From Thermotogota bacterium (GTDB taxonomy: Bacteria; Bipolaricaulota; Bipolaricaulia; UBA7950; UBA9294): a stretch of 14,683 nucleotides of DNA. The DNA is taken from the NCBI GenBank assembly GCA_039679545.1, contig JBDKUT010000056.1, positions 1-14,683 of the forward strand, in the 5' to 3' direction. A program made the translations under genes and the position numbers. The notes under the pieces are model-generated. The model searched no databases, was not told the origin of the DNA, and worked only from the letters and a program-made list of their open reading frames with translations. Shown one piece after another: positions 5,886-12,595 of the stretch; the stretch's first letter is position 1, and the number at the start of each line of letters is the position of its first letter.

Positions 5886-7079
5886 GTGCGAAAGGCCGTT
5901 GTGGTGCGTCTCCTCGTTCTCGTGGGGTTCTTTGTCTGTGGCCTGGTTCTGACGGGGTGTGACTGGTTCGCCTGTGGGCCGAAGGTCGACTTTGCGTTCA
6001 CGCCAACCTCGGGCGACGAGCCGCTGGCTGTGGACTTCACGCCGGTTCTGGAAGGCACAGCGGTCAGCTACGCCTGGGACTTCGGCGACGGGACGACGTC
6101 CGTGGAGGCCGCTCCCACGCATATCTACTACGCGGCCGGGACGTACTCGGTCACGCTCGTGGTGTTGCTCGACGATGGGGAACCCTACTCCGCCACCAAG
6201 GCCGATTGCATCGTCGTGAGTGAGGGGCCGATGTTCGACAAAGAGGACGGCCTCTACTGGCTCGATCGAACGCACGGAGTGATCGTCCGCGGCTCCCGCA
6301 GCGGAGGCGGAGTGCAGGAGTCGGTCGTCAGCGGCATCGCAGACGCCGGCGCGATCGCCGTCGGCGGGTCGTACGTGTTCTGGACGTCAGGAAACAGCGT
6401 CCTACGAGCCCCGCTCAGTCGGCCCACCGGCTGGGAACAGATTGTCTCCGCCTCGTACACGGTGACGGACGTCGCCGTCGACACCTCGAAGAACAAGGTG
6501 TACTGGACCGTGCTGCCGACGCCGCCGCTGGGGCTCCCGGCCTACAAGGGTGGCATCTACCGCGCGGACCTCGACGGCAGCCATGCGGCCGTATACCAGA
6601 GCTATGAACGAGGCAGCGACTATGTCGCGTGGGAGCTCGCGGTGGATCCGTTCGCCGGCGCCGTCTACTGGTTGCACTCGCTCCGAAGCTACGTGCCGGC
6701 GCGCGGGGCGGAGGGAGCGTGGGCGAGAGACTGGTCCAGCGAGATCCGCGGATCCACGTACCTGGGAACACCCGTGACGACGATCTTCCCGGTCACCGAG
6801 GCTACGGAACTCGCGGCGAGCACGGGCCTCGCGCACATCGCTCAGTACCTGTATTGGACAGACTCCTTGACCGGGATGATCTGGGTTACGAGCGTCGATG
6901 GCTCGAACTGGGAGCTGATGCGCGGGCTCTCCCACCCGACGGGCATAGCCGCCGACGCGAGCGACAACGCCCTCTTCTGGTGCGACGACGACGGAATCCA
7001 TCGCGCCAACCTCGACGGGACGAACGCCCGGCTGCTCTACGAGAACGTGTTCGCCGACACGATCTGCCTCGGTCCGTAG
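5886..7079 (+). CDS. Lipoprotein: PKD domain plus six-repeat YWTD (LDL-receptor class B-like) beta-propeller
   Basis: Signal MRKAVVVRLLVLVGFFVCGLVLTG-C (lipobox LTGC). PKD core SYAWDFGDGTTS...PTHIY..AGTYSVTL. Repeats LYWLD, VFWTS, VYWTV, VYWLH, LYWTD, LFWCD with IYRADLDGS / IHRANLDGT. Confidence 0.85.
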   Translation: MRKAVVVRLLVLVGFFVCGLVLTGCDWFACGPKVDFAFTPTSGDEPLAVDFTPVLEGTAVSYAWDFGDGTTSVEAAPTHIYYAAGTYSVTLVVLLDDGEPYSATKADCIVVSEGPMFDKEDGLYWLDRTHGVIVRGSRSGGGVQESVVSGIADAGAIAVGGSYVFWTSGNSVLRAPLSRPTGWEQIVSASYTVTDVAVDTSKNKVYWTVLPTPPLGLPAYKGGIYRADLDGSHAAVYQSYERGSDYVAWELAVDPFAGAVYWLHSLRSYVPARGAEGAWARDWSSEIRGSTYLGTPVTTIFPVTEATELAASTGLAHIAQYLYWTDSLTGMIWVTSVDGSNWELMRGLSHPTGIAADASDNALFWCDDDGIHRANLDGTNARLLYENVFADTICLGP

Positions 7080-7116
7080 CGGACCGAGGGAGCGAGGCGA
7101 ACGCCGGAGCTGCCGC

Positions 7117-7947
7117 CTACCCGTTGGGCAGGGTCCAGCTGTCGAGCTCGTTCGCGAACAGGATGGCGTCAGGATAGCTGCTGAGGATGGCGTCGCGGAG
7201 GACCGGCACCGTCGTGTACTCGTAGTGCGCCGGCAGAATGTACTTGGCGGCGATCGCCGCGACGAGGTCGGGGGCGGCGTACGTGCCGGCAAGGTAGAAG
7301 TGCTCGATAAACGCGAAGTCAAGTTGTCTGTCCGCCAGGCCGTAGCTGCGGAACACGTCCATGCCAACCGTGTCGGGGTCCATGTCGCCCATGTGGAAGA
7401 AGCTCACGTCACCGATTGTCACGACGTACCCGTAGTTGACGACCTCCTTCTGGCCGGCGGGAAAGACGCCGTGGCAGAGGTAGATCGCCTGGACGCGGAT
7501 CTCGTTCTGGGTGGTCGTCGCCGCGTTGCCCGCCGTCGCGGTCAGAGGGACAACGCGGGTCCCAAAGGCGGATAGCTGCCCCGCGACCTGAGGTCCGGCA
7601 ACCAAGATTGCTTCAGGGTTCGCCTCCATGTGTCGCCGCACCATGTCGGCGCTGAAGTGGTCGGCGTGGTTGTGGGTGGCGAGGATCAGATCGACCCCGT
7701 CGAAGGGTGGTCGGGCGTTCTGGAGGGCACCGGCCACGTCCGCAGGAAGCTTGTACCCACCGGGAAACCCGTCGAACATCGCGTCGATCAAGACCTTCTT
7801 GTCCCCTACCGTAATCAGGAAACCGGCGTTGCCGACGTAGGTCACGCGCACGTCGGCGGAGGGCACGGCCTGTGCCGCCGCCAGCGAGGCCGGCGCGCAC
7901 GTCACAACAGCCGCCAGAACCAGCAACCCGTTCCAAAGCTCTTTCAT
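7117..7947 (-). CDS. MBL-fold metallo-hydrolase (UlaG-like / beta-lactamase_B_2-3 type) with signal peptide
   Basis: VTYVGNAGFLI, VLIDA, THNHADH (HxHxDH), CHG, FHMGD and PAHY motifs. SD AAGGAGG before ATG 7947. Ala-rich signal peptide. Confidence 0.88.
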   Translation of the reverse strand: MKELWNGLLVLAAVVTCAPASLAAAQAVPSADVRVTYVGNAGFLITVGDKKVLIDAMFDGFPGGYKLPADVAGALQNARPPFDGVDLILATHNHADHFSADMVRRHMEANPEAILVAGPQVAGQLSAFGTRVVPLTATAGNAATTTQNEIRVQAIYLCHGVFPAGQKEVVNYGYVVTIGDVSFFHMGDMDPDTVGMDVFRSYGLADRQLDFAFIEHFYLAGTYAAPDLVAAIAAKYILPAHYEYTTVPVLRDAILSSYPDAILFANELDSWTLPNG

Positions 7948-8040
7948 CGCAGCCTCCTTGCCTCGGCCTGCCAAGCGCATGCATGCGGGGATGGCCCACG
8001 AGTGTAGCCCCCACCCTCCCTCGCGGCACGCGGGTGGAGG

Positions 8041-8062
8041 CGGCGTGACGTTGTAGAGACTC
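8041..8062 (+). promoter_or_regulatory. Conserved upstream motif of SnoaL-like gene, copy 2
   Basis: CGGCGTGACGTTGTAGAGACTC matches 395-416 at 19/22 positions and begins 89 nt before ATG 8130. Confidence 0.55.
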
Positions 8063-8129
8063 CCGACCATCATGATGCGGAGTGTTAAGCCAGGCGGAGA
8101 AGCCGCCGCTACGCATCGAGGTGATTCGA

Positions 8130-8603
8130 ATGAGCAAGACCAAGCAACCGGACGAGAAGGCCGTCATCGCAGAGGTGATCCGCCACAGCATCCTGTGGGC
8201 TCTGACGAAGGATGTCGCCATGCAGCAAGACACGATGGCCCACGATGAGGACCTCCTCATCATCTGGACCGGCTCGACGCACATTACGTCAGGGTGGAAG
8301 GAGCACGAGAAGTCGTTCGAGACGTGGATGGATCCGCGGTTCAAAGCCGTGCGGACGGAGGTGCGCGATCTTGTGATCCACTTGTCGCGCTCGGGAAACG
8401 TCGCTTGGTATTCGGCCACGCTCGATGACGTCGTGTCGTGGGACGGGAAGGTCGGCCGATTCGGCGAGGGTCTCCGCTGGACGGGGGTTCTCGAGAAGCG
8501 CAACGGCCGGTGGGTGATCGTGCAGATGCACGCGTCGCTCGCTGTCGACAAGGTTCGTGACATCGTCCTCGCCGAGAAGGCCGGCGCCGCACAGGCGGGG
8601 TAA
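8130..8603 (+). CDS. SnoaL-like / NTF2 family protein, copy 2 (paralog of 481-945)
   Basis: 120/146 identical residues to copy 1 by manual ungapped alignment. SD GAGGTG before ATG 8130. Confidence 0.88.
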   Translation: MSKTKQPDEKAVIAEVIRHSILWALTKDVAMQQDTMAHDEDLLIIWTGSTHITSGWKEHEKSFETWMDPRFKAVRTEVRDLVIHLSRSGNVAWYSATLDDVVSWDGKVGRFGEGLRWTGVLEKRNGRWVIVQMHASLAVDKVRDIVLAEKAGAAQAG

Positions 8604-8658
8604 CCTGTCCTCCGGTCGTGGCGGTGGAGATGGCGAGAACCTTGCCGGAGAAGGACGG

Positions 8659-9540
8659 ATGAAGATGCGCAGGGTCGTTGTGATCGGCTTGGTTGCGTTG
8701 GCCTCGGTCGCCGCCGCGTGCGATGCGTCGACCGGCAACTACCTAGGGCAGGAACCGCCGGGACTGACCCCGGTTCCCTTCGCTCCCGGCATCCTCACGG
8801 CCGTCTCGTACGCCGGGACGTTCAGCCCCGATCTGACGGAGTTCTGGTTCACGGAACAAGGTTCCCGAAGCGGCGCGACCGAGACGATCGGGTACACGCT
8901 GGTCGACGAAGTCTGGAGCCGCGCCGCAGCGACGCCGTTCCCGTCGACGGGCATGACGTTCGAGCCGCACATCGCGCCGTCGGGGAACCAGATGTTCTTC
9001 ACCGCGGGGACCGCCGCGGCGTGGACCGCGTACGTGAGCCAGCGGACCGCCACGGGGTGGGCTCCCGCAATGCCGCTTCCGACTCCCGTGAACTCGCAGG
9101 GCTACATGCCGATGTACCTCTCATCGACGCTCGACAGGACGCTTTACTGGACGCTCGTGATCGACGGCAACGGCGTCATCGTGCGGACAAAGCCGGCGGC
9201 CGGCGCGACCGGAGAACCCGGCGGCTACGGCCCCGTGGAGTACATGGCGTCCGACGGCGTTCCGTGGGTCGGCGCTCACCCGTTCGTAGCTCCCGACGAG
9301 AGCTACGTCATCTTCGACGTTCGCCCGGTCGCGAACCCGCGCTGGCCGAGCGACCTCGTCGTGGCGTTCCGTCGCCCGGACGGGACATGGACTCCCCCGC
9401 AGCCCATCACCGCGGTGAACGGCAGCGCGACGAACGAGATGTGCGCCAGCGTCTCTCCCGACGGGCAGTACCTGTTCTTCGCCCGCAACATGCACATCTG
9501 GTGGGTCGACGCCGCGGTCCTCGACCCGCTCCGACCCTGA
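8659..9540 (+). CDS. Secreted PD40 / TolB-like (WD40-like) beta-propeller protein
   Basis: Family N-terminal motif YLGQEPPGLTPVPFAPGI. Repeats TFSPD, PHIAPSG, HPFVAPDESYVIF, SVSPDGQYLFF. Signal peptide ending VAAA-C (possible lipobox). Confidence 0.85.
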   Translation: MKMRRVVVIGLVALASVAAACDASTGNYLGQEPPGLTPVPFAPGILTAVSYAGTFSPDLTEFWFTEQGSRSGATETIGYTLVDEVWSRAAATPFPSTGMTFEPHIAPSGNQMFFTAGTAAAWTAYVSQRTATGWAPAMPLPTPVNSQGYMPMYLSSTLDRTLYWTLVIDGNGVIVRTKPAAGATGEPGGYGPVEYMASDGVPWVGAHPFVAPDESYVIFDVRPVANPRWPSDLVVAFRRPDGTWTPPQPITAVNGSATNEMCASVSPDGQYLFFARNMHIWWVDAAVLDPLRP

Positions 9541-9548
9541 GGGGCTGC

Positions 9549-9579
9549 GGCGACCTCGGTTGGTGAACCGAGTGTCGCT
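9549..9579. other. Intergenic hairpin (3' stabiliser or factor-dependent terminator)
   Basis: GGCGACCTCGGTT-ggtg-AACCGAG(T)GTCGCT: 13-bp stem with one bulged T and no U tract. Confidence 0.45.
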
Positions 9580-9627
9580 TCCCCGCCACTCATAGCTGTT
9601 ACCCGCACGTGGGACGGACGAACGGAG

Positions 9628-10920
9628 ATGATGGCCGTGCTTCGGATCCCTGACTGGAACCCTGGGTTGTGGCGGTCGCGATTCTTCTCCATCTGGACGG
9701 GGCAAGTGTTCTCCCTCCTCGGGAGCGAGCTCGTGCAGTTCGCCCTCGTGTGGTGGCTCACCCAAACGACGGGCTCGGCCACGGTTCTCGCCGGGGCGAC
9801 GCTCGTCGCCCTCTTGCCGGTCATCGTCATCTCCCCTCTCGCGGGAACGCTCGTCGACCGGTGGGACCGACGTCGGGTGATGATCCTCGCCGACGGGGGC
9901 ATCGCCCTCACCTCGGTGGGGCTCGCGCTCCTGTTCGCGTTCGGCAAGGCCGAGGTCTGGCACGTGTACGTCGCGCTTCTCCTCCGCTCGGCGGGAGCGG
10001 CCTTCCACTGGCCGTCGATGCAGGCGGCGACGGCGATGATGGTCCCTGACCGCCACTTGTCGAGGATCGGCGGACTGAATCAGGGTCTCTACGGCGCTGC
10101 CGCCATCGTGTCCCCGCCGCTTGGCGCCCTTCTCCTCGGCCTCCTGCCGATGCGCAGCATTCTCGCGATTGACGTGGCCACGGCCCTTGTGGCTGTCCTT
10201 CCTCTCCTCTGTGTTCGCATCCCAGAACCGCAACGCGGGGTGCTCACGAAGAGACCGTCCGTCCTCGCCGACCTCGGCGCGGGACTCCGCTTTGTGTGTG
10301 GCTGGAAGCCGCTCCTCGCGATCATCCTCGTCTCGATGACCGTCAACGTGTTTACGAACCCTGCCTCGTCGTTGACGCCACTCCTCGTGACGAAGCACTT
10401 CGGCGGCGGTGCCATCCAGCTCGCCGGACTTCAGTCGGCATTTGGGTTTGGAATGGTCGGCGGCGGAGCCCTCCTTGGGATCTGGGGAGGGTTCAAGCGT
10501 CGGATCGTCACGGTCATCGCCGCGCTCTTCTTCATGGGCGTCGGGTTCGCGACCGTGGGGTTCCTTCCGGCAACCGCGTTCGGCGGCGCGATCGCAGCGT
10601 TCGGGTTCGTCGGCGTGATGAGCCCCATCTGCGACGGCGCGCTGCTCGCCATTCTCCAGTCGACGGTCCCGCACGAGATGCAGGGACGCGTGTTGTCTCT
10701 CTTGATGAGCGGTGCCAAGGCCGCCGCGCCGCTTGGTCTCGCGGTGGCCGGTCCCGTCGCCGACCGGTTCGGGGTTCCGGTCTGGTACGCGATCGCCGGC
10801 CTGGTGATGGTTGCCTGCAGCGTCCTTGTCTTCGCCGTGCCGGGCGTTCTTCGGATCGAGCAGGGCGCGGCCGCGCAGACCGGTGTGCGCGCGGACGCAA
10901 CGGAAAGCCCAGCCGAGTGA
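9628..10920 (+). CDS. MFS transporter, DHA3 (MefA-like) efflux family
   Basis: FFSIWTGQVFSLLGSELVQFALVWW, MFS motif A GTLVDRWDRRRVMILAD, VPHEMQGRV, about 12 TM segments. Substrate cannot be determined. Confidence 0.92.
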   Translation: MMAVLRIPDWNPGLWRSRFFSIWTGQVFSLLGSELVQFALVWWLTQTTGSATVLAGATLVALLPVIVISPLAGTLVDRWDRRRVMILADGGIALTSVGLALLFAFGKAEVWHVYVALLLRSAGAAFHWPSMQAATAMMVPDRHLSRIGGLNQGLYGAAAIVSPPLGALLLGLLPMRSILAIDVATALVAVLPLLCVRIPEPQRGVLTKRPSVLADLGAGLRFVCGWKPLLAIILVSMTVNVFTNPASSLTPLLVTKHFGGGAIQLAGLQSAFGFGMVGGGALLGIWGGFKRRIVTVIAALFFMGVGFATVGFLPATAFGGAIAAFGFVGVMSPICDGALLAILQSTVPHEMQGRVLSLLMSGAKAAAPLGLAVAGPVADRFGVPVWYAIAGLVMVACSVLVFAVPGVLRIEQGAAAQTGVRADATESPAE

Positions 10921-10978
10921 GGATCTGCGCTCCGTTTGGGCGTGCGGGCCGACAGCCGTACACTGCCGGCTGACGGCC

Positions 10979-11407
10979 ATGACAGGAACGCGCAGCACAC
11001 GGGACCAAGACGACGCGACCCTGCGGAGGCACAAGACGGAAGCTCTCCGTTCCGCGGGCTACGCCGAACAAGTGCTCCCGCTCTTTGAGTTGCAGTTTCC
11101 TTTGGACGACCGCCCGCGACGGGCGATCGAGGCCGCTCGCGCATGGGCGAGAGGAGAGATCGGCGTCGCGGAAGCTCGGGCCGCCGCGCTCGCCGCCCAC
11201 GCCGCGGCGCGCGACGTCGCCCGGTCCGGCGCGGCCTGCACTCCCGCCGATCGGGCTGGATGCGCCGCTGCGAGAGCCGCGGGGCACGCTGCGGCCACCG
11301 CGCACGCGATCGGCCATGCCCGCGCTGTCGCCCACTACGCCGACAAGGCGCGGGCCGCCGACCGAGGGGATGATGTCCGGCTCTCCGCCTATGGGCGTGC
11401 CGGTTAG
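10979..11407 (+). CDS. Imm5-like putative immunity protein
   Basis: AEQVL..FE..FP.DDRPRRAIEAARAWARGE...AAHAAAR...AARAAGHAAATAH signature. Start ATG 10979 inferred. TTGGGC-N17-TACACT (10936-10964) lies upstream. Confidence 0.75.
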   Translation: MTGTRSTRDQDDATLRRHKTEALRSAGYAEQVLPLFELQFPLDDRPRRAIEAARAWARGEIGVAEARAAALAAHAAARDVARSGAACTPADRAGCAAARAAGHAAATAHAIGHARAVAHYADKARAADRGDDVRLSAYGRAG

Positions 11408-11426
11408 GGGGCGACTCGTCCCACCT

Positions 11427-12545
11427 CTAGTGACCCGCGCTGTTGAACCAGACCTCGTTGGGAAAGGGATCGTACGTACCGTCACGGAACGTGAGCGCGG
11501 TGAGGAACAGGTCCAGATCCCCATCACTGTCGAGGTCGCCGAGCGCGACGCCGGCGGCGAACGGAACTTCGACCCGAAGCCCGGAGTCCTGGAACCCGGT
11601 TGTGCCGCTCCCCAACCACACGACCGAGGACGACGGCGCCGCAGTGCCCGGGGCTACAACCGCGTCGAGTCGGCCGTCGAGGTTGAGGTCCCCCACCGCG
11701 ATCCCTTGAGCGCTGGCCGACCCAAGGGCGAAGTCCGTGGGCGTGAGCTTGCCCGTGCCGTCGTTCAGCCAGACGTTCCGACAGCAGATTCCGCCAGCAA
11801 GGGCGAAGAAGACGTCCAGGTCGCCGTCGCCGTCGTAGTCCGCCAGTGCGGCGCCGTGCACATGAAGAGATGCCGTAGCCAGTTCGCAGCGCGAGGTGAG
11901 CGTGCCCGTCCCGTCGTTCACCCATACGCGGCCCGGCTCGTCCCATCCCGCGGCCACGACGTCCAGGTCTCCGTCACCGTCAAGGTCGCCGACGGCCACC
12001 CCCGCCGTGAAGGCACGCCCGAGCCGCTGCCCCGAGTCGACGAACTGGCGGTCGCCAACGTTCAGGAACAACAGGTCGGCTCCGGCGCTTCCGACGAACA
12101 GGTCCGGGCGTTCATCGCCGTTCAGGTCTCCGACGCCGAGCGAGAAGCACACCGTGCGGGCAAGGTCCGGCTGCCCCCGCGAGAACACTCCGTGACCGTC
12201 GTTCCACCAGACGCTGACGGAGCCATCCCACGAGCCGAGGGCGACGTCGAGCGCGCCGTCCCCGTCAAAGTCCGCCGCCGCGACGCACTGGCTCACGGCA
12301 AGCCGCTGCCCGGAGTCGGTGAACGAGCCGCGTCCGTCGTTGACCCACACCGCGGCGCCCACCACGAAGTTGGCCACCACAGCGTCCAGATCGCCGTCAC
12401 CATCCACGTCACCGAGCGCAACACCCCAGCTTGCCTCGTTCCCGAGCCGCTGCCCGCTGTCGACCAACGGGCCGCCCGCGCCGACGGCCGCGGTGCCCAG
12501 CACGCAGAGCGCCGCGCAGAAGCCAACCATCGACCTCCGGTTCAC
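11427..12545 (-). CDS. Secreted FG-GAP / VCBS repeat protein (7-bladed propeller)
   Basis: Seven DxDGDGxxD-type loops (GDVDGDGDLD, ADFDGDGALD, GDLNGDERPD, GDLDGDGDLD, ADYDGDGDLD, GDLNLDGRLD, GDLDSDGDLD) with recurring DSGQRL and WxNDG. GTG 12545 has SD GGAGGT and a signal peptide. Confidence 0.9.
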   Translation of the reverse strand: MNRRSMVGFCAALCVLGTAAVGAGGPLVDSGQRLGNEASWGVALGDVDGDGDLDAVVANFVVGAAVWVNDGRGSFTDSGQRLAVSQCVAAADFDGDGALDVALGSWDGSVSVWWNDGHGVFSRGQPDLARTVCFSLGVGDLNGDERPDLFVGSAGADLLFLNVGDRQFVDSGQRLGRAFTAGVAVGDLDGDGDLDVVAAGWDEPGRVWVNDGTGTLTSRCELATASLHVHGAALADYDGDGDLDVFFALAGGICCRNVWLNDGTGKLTPTDFALGSASAQGIAVGDLNLDGRLDAVVAPGTAAPSSSVVWLGSGTTGFQDSGLRVEVPFAAGVALGDLDSDGDLDLFLTALTFRDGTYDPFPNEVWFNSAGH

Positions 12546-12595
12546 AGTTCGACCTCCGGCCGATCCTTTCTCAGGGCGATCACTCACCGCCCGAC

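Noticed and set aside
9628..10920. Calling the MFS gene mefA, or the MBL/serine hydrolases beta-lactamases (resistance island)
   Set aside because: Only family-level motifs are visible. These superfamilies are functionally diverse and no resistance-specific identity can be shown from the sequence alone.
9121..11034. 637-aa minus-strand ORF
   Set aside because: Antisense shadow of the MFS and PD40 genes. The Arg/Gly/His-rich translation has no motif, as expected from GC-rich codon bias.
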